Part shown: positions 39,941-51,981 of the stretch, piece after piece
Layout of the letters: each line of letters begins with the position of its first letter
Numbering within the stretch: the first letter of the stretch is position 1
Notes under the pieces: generated by a model
Told to the model about the DNA's origin: nothing
The model's database searches: none
Seen by the model: the letters and a program-made list of their open reading frames with translations, nothing else
Translations under genes and position numbers: made by a program
Source: Tubiluchus corallicola
Lineage: Eukaryota; Animalia; Priapulida
Assembly: GCA_030141605.1 (NCBI GenBank)
Contig: JAQGDQ010000052.1
Location: 760,700 to 824,699 of the forward strand
Length of the DNA: 64,000 bases
Direction of reading: 5' to 3'

Positions 39941-40687
39941 ATGAATCAATTTGTGAAAGCATATAACAGACAGTGCTTGTCATATTTAAGCTCTACTAAC
40001 TGTTACGCAAAATACTGCAGAGTTTTGAATTTCAATAATTATTTCGTATGAACAGAAATTCTAGTTTCTAACATATTAAAATGGTTGCTTGTGATTGAGA
40101 TCGGGTCTGCGAAATATGTTGCCCAACTACGAGGAGACTTGGTAATTAGAAGAAATAGTAATCGAATAGAATAGAAATAGAAACAGCTAATCAAAATTTC
40201 AATTACAAGCACAACAGAGAATTGTAACCGATTATTCTAAAAACCTGAATAATACGTTTTATTCTGCATTCTAACAATAGGTGGCGAAACATTAGTACAG
40301 TCTCTGACACATTCATGCATTCCAGGATAGGAATATTACCCATGCCACTTAAATAAATACATAAATACAAATAAATATTCAACAAACATAAAAATGATGA
40401 AACCAATTATTCTTGATTCACGAATTTCTAGTAGACGTTTTTTTTATTTTATAGAAACGATCAGTGGCTGTTGGCTGTAGGAACATTAAGAGAAAAATTA
40501 ATTCTATTTGACTTCTCATCGTCTTTGTCGTCATCAGCAACATCATTACCGTCGTCGTCATCATCAGCAGCATTCTCTCATTATCATCACCATTGCCAAG
40601 ATCATCATCACAATAAGAGTCATCGTTACCGCATCCACCATCATAACTATGATCAGCAGCAGCATCATGACCATCATCTTATTCGAT

Positions 40688-40718
<31 letters not shown>

Positions 40719-40919
40719 TGACCAAGGTGATGGTCATGATGATGCTGCTGATGATACTTATAATGGTGGATGCGGGAACGATGATTCTTATTTATATATA
40801 TCATAATATATCTGGGCATATATGTTAATTATGCGTTGTTGGACGTGTTCCTGTATGGGTTGTTTTGTTAATGTGTGATTTGTTAATTGTACTTGAGTTT
40901 ATGTTCGTAAAATGAAGCG

Positions 40920-40964
<45 letters not shown>

Positions 40965-41090
40965 TAATATTATGGCAATACTAATTAAATGCCTAGTTAA
41001 TGTAGCCATTTTAGATGCGCACGACTGAGTGGTCTTGCGTGAGAATGATTTTTCTGTGCGGCACGCTTCAAATGCATCGCCTTCTTAACT

Positions 41091-41096
41091 TATAAA
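41091..41096 (+). promoter_or_regulatory. Candidate TATA box of the GPCR gene
   Basis: TATAAA 45 bp upstream of the ATG at 41136; position is the only support. Confidence 0.35.
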
Positions 41097-41135
41097 GCAG
41101 GAGCAGGTGTTGTGACTTACTCAAACAACGGGGAA

Positions 41136-41217
41136 ATGGTATTGACGTTGATATTGATGCTGGCGCTAATGATAGCGCGACAAGAAGCTCTTGCGCAAAA
41201 AATAAATAGTAATAAAG
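41136..41217 (+). CDS. GPR158/CG31760-like class C GPCR, exon 1 (signal peptide)
   Basis: MVLTLILMLALMIARQEALAQKINSNK; G|GTAAGT donor in phase 1, matching exon 2. Confidence 0.7.
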
Positions 41218-42069
41218 GTAAGTGTGTCACTTTTATGTTTAGTTTGGTAAGAAAATCAGTCGTTTAAGTAATCATTCAACATGGATAATGTATTTTCCAC
41301 TCAATGACCTATACTTCTAAGTCAGTATAGGCCTATATGTTACAGGCAAAGTGTAAAACGGGTATTCCACAGAATGCCCAGACATCTTATGGAGTGCCAA
41401 AACAAACAAGGAAAAGTGTCTAAAATAATTTGCTCTACACTTTTCCTAAGCATTACACATCTAATGCAAAAGTTTTATTAGGCAAAAAGCGTAAGTCACT
41501 TTCGGATATACTGTTACTAAGCATTTTATAGAATGTTCAATTAATTTTAAGTAATGTGAAAGTAAAATAAGTGGTCAATTGTTTTGATGAAATTTTCCTA
41601 GGCATTTTATATAATGCCAATTTTATTCTAGAGAATGTGTGAAATGAATCATGTTTTATACACTTGCCAATTTTTGTGTAAAAAAGGTAAGTAGCATTTT
41701 AATGAAACATTCAGGTTGCATGATTATTTCAATCACAGATGCTGCCTATTGTAAAGTTTTGTATTTTTGGATTCGGATAGATAGTTGAGTGAGTGATTTT
41801 AAGCTTGGTCATGTTGTGTTGTTGTTGTTGTTGTCACAGTTATCTTTAAAGGTTATCAGAGGGCACAGTGTAGGAAACAGAAATTTTGCATGAAGATTTT
41901 GCAATTGGACATGTTGCGTGGGCAATACAATGGACCTGTTGCGTAGATCGTAACGGAGCCTTATTTTTCACTTTCCCAATATGGCCCTCAAATATGCCTG
42001 TTAAGTGGATCGCATCCGTTTTTCATTCTAATGCATTAAAGGAAAAGCACAAACAAAAATTCGATGCTG

Positions 42070-42420
42070 TACTTACGTGAAGCTAAATCCTGCGTTGGCT
42101 CAGACCCAAACCATTTTGCAAACTTGCCTGATTCGTTAACAATTAAATTCAGCCAATGGATGCTTTCATCTCATCACTTAAAAGTTGAGACAGGAAGGTG
42201 GGCTAGACCACCGATAACTAGAAACTTTAGATTGCGTACCTGCGACGGTGTAAGCGTGCAAGATGAGGATCGTGTAGTTTTGGCATGTAAGAAAATGGAC
42301 TGTATAAGAAACAAATATGACATCACTTTAAATACTTGGAATGGTTTTTTTAAATCTGGAAAATTAAGTATTAGCTAAATTTGCAAATGATATTTTACAC
42401 ATTTTCAGCTGAGTTGTTTG
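42070..42420 (+). mobile_element. Decayed RTE-X-like LINE 3' fragment
   Basis: LSSHHLKVETGRWARPP...C..VQDE.....C motif. Confidence 0.7.
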
Positions 42421-42548
42421 GTATTAATACTAATTTTTATGTTGTTAATACTGTGTCTGTGTCTCCGTGCATAGTACGAATATCTGTTTTTTGATGACTA
42501 TATTGTAGAAATGATTACTGTAATAATATGGTCATATGTGACAATAAA

Positions 42549-42712
<164 letters not shown>

Positions 42713-43419
42713 AATGTATCTGCCCAATCATGCATATTCTATTTTTTGTGAAAAAACAGACCTTGACATCAGTAAAAGCGTTCCATGATTTTCTAACGGA
42801 AGCCATTAACTGACTACTATCGCGTGTCAGTTTGTCAGTTCTGATCAATTTGCAAGGCGTTTATTTGCCCAAGTTAGGCTTAGTTACAAATGTTGTAAAG
42901 AAAAGACCGCTAGATTAAAAAATTTCATACTTAAAAGGAGAGAAGTGCTGAATGATCCGAGGTTTCTAAAATACCTTTTCTTTTCTTTATTAACCAAAGC
43001 CGAAAAAGCGTTATTAAAAGTGATACATATATTTTTATGCAGAACACTACCTACTAATCAAATAATCTATAAGTAAACCGTCTAGAAGGGGGGTAATGCC
43101 TGTGCTCTCTATAACACAGTATCTACACACTACCAACGAGTTAAGGCGAGAACAGGCTACTATAACATTCGAAATTCATATATGCCTAAAATTAGGTAAA
43201 TTACAAGAGTAAGATCACATACGCCATATTCATTACATTTACAATGTCAGAACGGTCAAAACTGGATTCTATCTATGCATGCGGCTTCGGTAAGTGCTTG
43301 AAGTTCATCACGATTGTTTTACACCTGCAACAGTCATCTACAAATGTTTACCAAATAAGGGCAAGAGTTTAATTATAATGAAAACTTGACTGTAGTCGAA
43401 AGCAATTCTGTTTGGAGGT

Positions 43420-44372
43420 CAGGAAAAAATGGCACGGTAAAAATGGCACAGAAAAAAATGGTACAGGGAAAAATGGAACAAATAGAAAAGTAGGTAAAAT
43501 GGCATAGGTAAAAATGGCACAGGAAAAATGGCACTGGAAAACATGGCACGGTAAAAATGACACAGGAAGAATGGCACAAATTAAAAAGTAGGAAAAAAAT
43601 TGCATAGATAAATATGGCACAGGAAAAAGTGGCACTGAAAAAATGACACACATGGAAAAGTAGGTAAAAATGGCACAGGAAAATGTGACACAGGAAAAAA
43701 TGGCATGGTAAAAATGGCACAGGAAAAATGGCGCAATAAAAAAGATGGCACACATAGTAAAATATGAGTTTAGGGTTAAGATTACCACGAGGATAATTAT
43801 TTCAGTTATTTTTACCTCTGCCAAGGAAGTCATGCTTCAACACAGTTTGTTTGTTTGTCTGTTAAGACAGTAAGCCTATTATGCCAAAGCCATCTATAAG
43901 ATTTCCAAGAAACTTTGCGAAGGAAGACGGGCATAGGGTGCCAAATTGGAAATCTTTACGATGGATTTTTTTCGCAAAACTTGACCGAACACCGCGTAAA
44001 AAACGTTCGTGAAGCATTTTGTGGAGGTCTCAGAGGGAGTGTTTAGTACTTATTTTTTGTTATCTCCACCTAGACAAATAACTACGAGTCAGTTCCATTT
44101 TCATTTCGTGAAATTCTCGCTTGTAAAACTGTGCAACGCTGTCTATAACATTTGCTTATTAATGTGTATAGCCTAGGTGACGTGGAATGTAAGCACGCGT
44201 ATATTTCTCAGTCTATATCCATCGACAAAATTAATGGTTAAAAAGGTAGATAAATACCATGCGGAACATTTGTGCATTTTTCCTGTGCCATTTTACGTAC
44301 TTTTCAATTTGTGCCATTTATACTGTGCCATTTTTTCCTGTGCCAATTTTTTTTACCCGTGCCAGTTTTACC
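43420..44372. mobile_element. Non-autonomous element with inverted AAAAATGGCAC subrepeat arrays, containing a Helentron/HINE-like insert (~43810-44050)
   Basis: AAAAATGGCACAGG repeats at 43425-43755 and their complement at 44270-44370; TTACCTCTGCCAAGGA..(GTTT)n..GTGGAGGTCT lies inside. Confidence 0.55.
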
Positions 44373-45182
44373 GAGCACTCAGAAATTCACATTTAGAAAA
44401 TATTATTTAGGTTTTGCTTGTGCAAATGAATAAGTTTGCATGATGCCAAACATTAAAACACGTGAAATTCTTCACTTTGATTGAAAAGTTATTCTGGTTC
44501 TTTTTTTATTAAATTATGAAATAATTCATTACGACTGTTAACAGTGGAGACTGGGGAAGACTCAGGTATTTATCTTTAACGTGATTTGAAGTGGGAAAGC
44601 AAGTTAATCATATAACTGTTAACATTCCAATAGTCTTTGTACTCAAACTATTTTAACGACGCGATGCGGCGATGACATTCTACTGTTACCAAACAGTAGT
44701 TTGTTCGAAATTGAAAATGTACGTTTTACAGTTCTGACCACATAAAAAAATCACAGGTGCTATTTACATATACTAAACATTGGTTTGTTTTCAAACGCCG
44801 CGCAAAGCTAACGTTAAATTTCACAAACAATATAAAATACTAATAAAGGCTACTACCTTTTCACATGATTAATTAATAATTTAATTCGTATACTTCAACT
44901 GTTATGTTTACTTGTAAAACAGCAACTTGCTTAAATAATAAACTATCTATTGTAAAACATACATCTGTTAACTTATTTGAGTCCATATTGCATGAAAAAC
45001 CTTTTTCATAAGCTATTTTCAGTTTCCATCAAACTTCGAAGGCTACAAATCTAGAAGAAATGAAAGTTTGGCGAACTTTGTTTTCAAACTTTTTAACGCA
45101 TGATAACCACAATAATGACAATAACGGTAATTGGTGAATTATGTTGGCGGTTCACGATGAAGATGGCGACAATGAATGACGC

Positions 45183-45192
45183 CAACGACGAC

Positions 45193-45248
<56 letters not shown>

Positions 45249-45315
45249 TGATAATGATTATCATGTAGATGATGACTATGACGACGATGACGATGACAAT
45301 TATGATGGCGATGAA
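45183..45315. repeat. (GAC)/(GAT) microsatellite
   Basis: Direct reading. Confidence 0.95.
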
Positions 45316-46014
45316 TAAAGCATGATTATGGCTTCTCCGACTTGGATCTTCTCCAATTATAACATGATTGACGTCATTTTACGTTACGCTGATATAATTC
45401 TTATAATACGATTGCAGTTTTGCCTTTTCTACGGATAACAAATTACCGGGTGTAACATAAAAACTGCGCGAATTTAGTGATTGGCATTTCTCTCTATACC
45501 ATTATTTCTCTATCCATTATACACTCCGGTGACTGTAAGCCTTACAGTGAATGAACTTTCACGAAAAGGCTGAATCTTCTCTAGCTGCAAGCTTCAGAAA
45601 AACCGTTTTTTATTTTAAACGTACGCGCGTAGTGACGTGCTTTCGTTATAATGAGCTACTACATAAGGCTAGTTATTGCCATGACTTCTTCTCTAGTAGG
45701 ATAAGAGTTCTTGACATTCATCAAGTTGTTTTAACTAATTGACAAAATTTGTCTTCAATTTGTGAATAGAAATTGAGAAAATGTTATTATACGTTATTAT
45801 TCTGTCAACAGTTAGTCGTTAGTTCTGCAAATTATTCCAATGACGTTCAAGATGGGAATGACACAGGCCTGTAATTATCCTATTCACATTTTGATATACA
45901 TGTAACGAGGCGCATCTGAATTTGACTCATATCTGGAGCGGAGCATGTACAAGTTAGCCCTTCCCGTACACAAAGACTTAGTCGTCATATAGGCTCTGTG
46001 AGATGACACCTGTG

Positions 46015-46151
46015 TACACACAAGCACGCACGCACACACGCGCACACGCACACACACACGCGCGCGCACACACACGCACACGCACACGAACACGCACACG
46101 AACACGAACACGCACACGCACACGCACACGCGCACGCGCACGCGCACACGC

Positions 46152-46186
<35 letters not shown>
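46015..46186. repeat. (CA)/(CACGCA) microsatellite
   Basis: Direct reading. Confidence 0.95.
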
Positions 46187-46188
<2 letters not shown>

Positions 46189-46959
46189 TGCGGTAACCAC
46201 GTTGCTAGACACTAAATAAAAAAGAAAAAGAATTCAAATATAAAACAGTTCATACGAAATGAAAATCGAATTAAAATTCGTTAAAGATACATATATGAAA
46301 ATACATTCACTACATTGGGATTGGGTCTGGGTCTGGGTCTGGGCCAGGCCTGGGCCGAAAAGTGGAAACGAGCAGAACAATCTATATGGAGAGTAGTCCG
46401 AAGTTTCTGAACTGTACGTTTTCCCGTATCCAGATTTATCAAGTTTGATGTACTTCAGCCCAGATGGCCTACAACAAAGAAAGAAATGGTCAGTCATTCT
46501 TAGAAATGCATAGACAAGGTACCTTTTCTATAGCTGTATATATAGAAACGCCTATAGCTGTAAATATTTGCTTAATAAACGCATTTGCACTACATATACG
46601 TTTATACGGTGCTTTGTTACATACATTCGCTTCCAATTTTTTGGAAATGTTGGATAGGTTCGCTAGCTAGTTAGCTAGTTTAATGATTACAAGTCTACAT
46701 AATTCGAGACCAATACACTATAACAATAGGTAAGCAGAAAACGGACGTTACCAAATGACCCATCGAGAACAGAAAAAGTTACAATACTTGCAATGTGCTA
46801 TATAGTTAGTACACCAAATCCACGCCTATACATTACTGTCATAAAAAGTACAAAACTGTACACAACAAGCCTGAGAATAAACTCCATTAAATTGGTTAAA
46901 ACTTTATGAATGACTAATTTTTGCTTGACGAAAATCAATGGCTTAGTCTCAAAATAACC

Positions 46960-47330
46960 TTAATCAATCCGTAAATAAATTCAACATTTCGTAATAAATT
47001 TTAAATGTATGTTGATCTTCGAATACATCAATAATATTAGCAAAATTTACATTCGTAAACTCGTTTCTAACATTTTCGGTTTTTGGGCAAGTGGTTAAAA
47101 CGTGCTCTTCGGTCAGGACTGCACCGCATTCGCAGAGTTTTCCACTGGTTGACGACTCCATCTACTTGTCTCAATTTTTAATCTATGAGACTGGAGTCTT
47201 ATGCTAGTGAATGTAATACGAAATTTTTCTACAGAAATTACGTGGAATCACACAGGTGGCTTTAGGGAGGGGTTTAATAATTACTGTTTATACGTTATCT
47301 TCTTTGATGAGGCATTATCTCTAAGTGTAT
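46960..47330 (-). mobile_element. Decayed RTE-X-like LINE 3' fragment
   Basis: TSIRLQSHRLKIETSRW followed by LCECGAVLTEEHVLTTC on the - strand. Confidence 0.7.
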
Positions 47331-47864
47331 CTATCAATTTTTCGCGCTCTTTAGCTAGATAGAGGATAGGAGTTGATAGAAAAGATAAAAGATAAACTAC
47401 ATAAGATGGAAAATGGAGTTGAAACAGACAGCAGTTTTAGTTAGGAACAAACTACTAACATGACTGTCACCTGCTTTTGATTAAGCTTACAGCAGTACAC
47501 ATTAGACTTCATTAGGTGCAATTTTAATAATACACACTCAAAAATTAACTACGTATGACAGACTAGTCACTTCATTGGCCTAATAATTGTTTAACGTTTA
47601 GCACTATGTGCTCAAATCTGTGCTTATTTTTAGCTATTGCTGTATCTTCAATGTGTAATTGTTTGTGCAAAATAATATACTGTACTTAATACCGTTGACA
47701 ATGGTGATGGACTTGTTGGCTGTGACAGCTGTGCCCGTTCTTGTTGTCGTTGTCGTTGGCGCTGTCGCTGTTGCTGTCGTTTTTGCTGCTGCTGTTGTTG
47801 TTGTTGTTGTTGCTGCTGCTGCTGATGATGATGATGATGGCGGTAATGTTGCTGTTTTTTGTAG

Positions 47865-48318
47865 ATAAAGCAGACAGAGCACTTCAGTATGTAGAATACG
47901 TTCGCAACAAACCTTGCTCTGGTGGAGGGACATCACAGATCTTACAAATTCGTTTCAACTATGGTATCTGGAATGAGCTGGCGGGAATTGCCGTACGATC
48001 AGCCAACCTTTTCACTAAACTTTGGAAGCAATACAACGGCACCCCACCGTACTTGGACGATATTGCCTTATTCTCGATGTCGCGGGCAAATATTCAATCA
48101 GATGACACAGCTTTCGGGTGCATGGTGGCATTTGGCGAATATCAATACAAGGACTATCGACAATTCTGTTCGTACGCTTACAAGAAGTATAATCGTATTA
48201 ACGTCCACGACATTTCTGTAAACTACAAGTTTTTGGGAAGCAAAAGTACAGAATGGTGGAATGTGCCAAATTCAAAAAAGTACGTCCTCTACGAATGGGA
48301 CGTGTACTTGAGACCACG
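47865..48318 (+). CDS. GPR158-like GPCR, exon 2 (extracellular Cache domain)
   Basis: TAG acceptor, CG|GTATGT donor; AVRSANL, FGCMVAF..YQY..Y.QFCSYAYK, HDISVNY, EWW. Confidence 0.9.
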
Positions 48319-48499
48319 GTATGTTTTTCTGACATTATCAGCAGTTATTCAGTATTGCTCGTTCAATAATAGAGTTTTCTTTTTAATCATTTCTAGACTT
48401 TGAGGGATCACGAAAAATGATTATGACGATTTAAAGTTTTCTGTTGTAGTGCTTAGGAAAAAGCTATTCCGATTTTAGGAGTCGTGTTTTCTTATCCAG

Positions 48500-48679
48500 T
48501 TACAATAGTTCTGGTAACACGCACGGTAAACCTCGAATATTCAAGGAGCCATATGCAACAATTGATGATGGACATTGGACAAATCCGTATTTTGATTGTG
48601 GTGGAGGTGACATCTGGATGGTAACTTACTCAGCTCCCATATTTTCATATGACTACGAATACAACGAGACTATTTTTAG
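48500..48679 (+). CDS. GPR158-like GPCR, exon 3
   Basis: DGHWTNPYFDCGGGDIWMVTYSAPIF, the family hallmark; CAG acceptor, GTGAG donor, phase 2-2. Confidence 0.93.
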
Positions 48680-48779
48680 GTGAGGAAAAAATCTCTACTT
48701 TTTGTCAGTTCTCTTTAGTTCTGCCACTTAAGTTGCCAAATTGATTGTTCTTGTAAGGCACAGGAATAGATGCTTGTAC

Positions 48780-48848
48780 AATGATGATAAAGATGATGAT
48801 GACGATGATGATGATGATGATGATGACGATGACGATGACGACGACGAC

Positions 48849-48903
<55 letters not shown>

Positions 48904-48942
48904 GTGATGATGATGCTAATAATGATGATGATTACGATGATA
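48780..48942. repeat. (GAT)n microsatellite in GPCR intron 3
   Basis: Direct reading. Confidence 0.97.
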
Positions 48943-49001
48943 TTAACGCTAACAGTAATACTAAAACTTGTTTCTTACATATAACATATTCGACAAAATA
49001 A

Positions 49002-49128
49002 TGGCATTGTTGGAATGGACATTGATTTGAGTCATATTGACATTGATCAATGTGATCATGAAGATGATGATGGAGAAAGCACACTAAATATCTTTTATGG
49101 AACACACAAATGCAGACCTACTACAAAG
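49002..49128 (+). CDS. GPR158-like GPCR, exon 4 (preceded by AA instead of AG)
   Basis: GIVGMDIDLSHIDIDQC..FYGTHKCRPTTK; AAG|GTAAAG donor; phase arithmetic puts the start at 49002, after TAA. Confidence 0.85.
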
Positions 49129-49380
49129 GTAAAGAAAAATTCGTTGTTGTAGCCGAATTCTTTCTGCTCTTAAAGCACTTAAATGAAAGGAAACACTTAA
49201 AGTTGGTTTCGTATATTGAAATAACTTTAAATGTCTAATGAAATCCGGTATGTTGTAGCAAACTTAATTTTGCTGAGTGATTTAACCAGACAGGTAAATT
49301 AAAATGAAAGTGAAATAACGCTGAAAGCTTAGCTAACGATTTTGTTTTATTTATTTGTTACGGAATATTAACTATTCCAG

Positions 49381-49719
49381 TGTAAAAAAGTTCACGGATT
49401 GGGCTTTGTTAGAGGAGCATACGTTTGTTCGTGTCAGAATGGATACCATTTTCCTGATATTCACGCGGAACAGAAAACATTTCCAGGCAAAGATGTTGAG
49501 CTTGCTTACTATGCTCGGTTAAATAGACGTAGCGACAGATACATGCACAAGTATGACTGCGTTCCCTGTCAGGAGGGGTGCGCAACATGCATCGACGACT
49601 CTCCGTGTCTGGCCTACCGGTCTCCTGTGATCCACATGATTGTCCTCGTCGTCTGCATTGTGACTGTGGCGATGATACTTGTTTTTGCCGCTTTAACCGC
49701 CTACCACAAGGACGTAAAG
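49381..49719 (+). CDS. GPR158-like GPCR, exon 5 (Cys-rich domain and TM1)
   Basis: CKKVHGLGFVRGAYVCSCQNGYHFP..CVPCQEGCATCIDDSPC followed by a hydrophobic helix; canonical splice sites. Confidence 0.93.
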
Positions 49720-51912
49720 GTAAAACGATTAATCATCTTTGTCGCGTGGCAGTGCATTCGTAACATCTTCATGATCTTCGTCCTCACCTCAGATTTCTTT
49801 GCCATTATCATTAATCGTTACATCATTTTCGCTACCCCCTCCAGTAACGCATTTTAGTGATTACTGATTCTGTAATCAGGTATGGATGCAATGTCCAGTT
49901 TCTACTTACTCTGCAATTCAGTGTATTTCGTTCGCTTTTAAAGGACAAGAAAAGGGGTACCGGAAGTAGGTTTCAGAAAAATCGCCTTAAAAGTTATGTT
50001 GCTTTATAGCAATTTTATGGGTATATCGCACTCACGTTGAAAGGACTTTGTGTTTGTTTTTGTTTTTAATCTCCCGCAAAACTGCTTCGACAGCGCCATT
50101 ACATGACGTCATATATGCACAACAAAAATCAGGGGAAGAAAAGAAAATGTTAAACTATGTCAAAAAACTTTCCATGCAAAGTTATATTACTTAGCATTTC
50201 GCTTGCCTGCTTGAAAGACTTATGTAGCTAGAAAAGAAAATTAATAATTATTTAAAGTGTTTTCACGAATTGGTAAAATGTCGCTGACACCCTCCAGGGT
50301 GCGCCACTCATTAACCAAAAAACGTATTTTTAATCTTATTGACAAGATACAGTAATGTAAAATTTTACTTCGTCAGTGACGTGTGCGCTACGAATGCTCT
50401 GATTATTTTTAAACGTTACTCAGTGTTATCTGAGGAAACTTCTTTCAAATGACTTTTCGTCAAAATGGCTGCGTCTAACAGTCATCGCGGGAGTTTTAAT
50501 TTACATGTTTTATACAGTGTTACTGCCGACGCAAGCTCTGTGTGTAAAAAGGCAGTACCTAAGTGGTATAAAATTTCAAGGCGACTATTTATGTAAGTGA
50601 AGAGTTTCCTTGTGCTTTATTAAATTCGCATCACAGTTTCACAGCCTTAATAATATTTTTGATATTTTATGCTGCTTCGCTAGTTTCAAGGTTCAATGTT
50701 TCAAAGCTTACTACCAACAAAGCAGTGCCTTTGTGAAGGTATCGAGTAACTGAAATATTATTGTTGTTATTGCTGAATGAAACTTTAACTTGAGTTACAT
50801 TAATTTCGATAATTGCGCAATTTTCCTGTAAAAATTAATTTATTTGTGTTTAGTAGGGGAGTTCGAGGTTCGAGACCGGATCAATTGTTCTGAACGTAAT
50901 TATGAATAAACGATATAAGAAAATAATGAAATTATTTCGTTCTCTCTCTTTCTCTCTCTCTCTCTCTATGTTTCTTTCTCTTTCTCTCGCTCTATCTTTT
51001 TCTCCCTCACTTCCACAATTGTAGCTGTAACTTATTAATATTTCAATGATTACGGCATGATATTCACCCATCGGCGGTAAGGTCAAATGGTTTCGCTTAT
51101 AGTACCCTGCATCAAGGCTTACTTCATTTTACTAATTAAATATAACGCTCTAAAGGTAGTTTCTTTGTTATGAAGTTAAAATAATTATTGCTAGAAAAAA
51201 TTATGCAAATGTGTACTGAGTTATTATTGACTGAGAGGCATTAGTTGGCTCAACTTGGCTATTGCTTGAGCGGATTTTAGATGGGAAAGATACTTTAAAA
51301 GATGAAAACGTTTTTAAGGTTTCTTACATGTCGCTTCGTAAACAGTTCAATAAGCCATTCATTTACAGCGCCAGAAGCCTGTGTGTATAAGATAATATGT
51401 TTATTTTGATGCGCTGCGTAGAAAAGCTCAATGTGGTTTTTTTCATGTAGTTTCGTAAACAGCAGCATTTTCCATATTACAACATTACTGGCAAATTACA
51501 ACAACCGTGTGACCAACCAGAAAAAATTAGTCACATTCTGAATGCAGTTTCTCTGTATAGTATCATGTGTTTACTTTAAAATATCTACAAGACGATTTAA
51601 AAATAACAGAACCTTCGCAATCACGCGTTGCAGATATTGTTAATAAAATAAAACTAATAAAATTCAGCCGCAAATAAGTTGGTAAATGTGATAATGGGCT
51701 CATTTCTCTCAAAAAACGTCAAAAATCTGGAGAAGACGTTGTTTTTTAAACTATTATAAACTTTCAAGCTTTGGATGTGAGTCCGGACGGGCGAGAGGTT
51801 CGGATTTCGGAAAAGTTCGGGATCGTGATTTTTGGGGGCCGGGATCATGGCGACCTCGATACCGCAAACCCTTCGTGTTTAGCTGTTTTTTGCAAATAAT
51901 TTATGTGTTTAG

Positions 51913-51981
51913 GTAATAAAAGGCTCCAGTCCATGGTTTCTCTACGTCATGTGTTTTGGATCTTTCCTTCAATCTGCTCAG
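51913..51981 (+). CDS. GPR158-like GPCR, exon 6 (TM2)
   Basis: VIKGSSPWFLYVMCFGSFLQSAQ; TAG acceptor, GTAAAA donor, phase 0-0. Confidence 0.88.
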
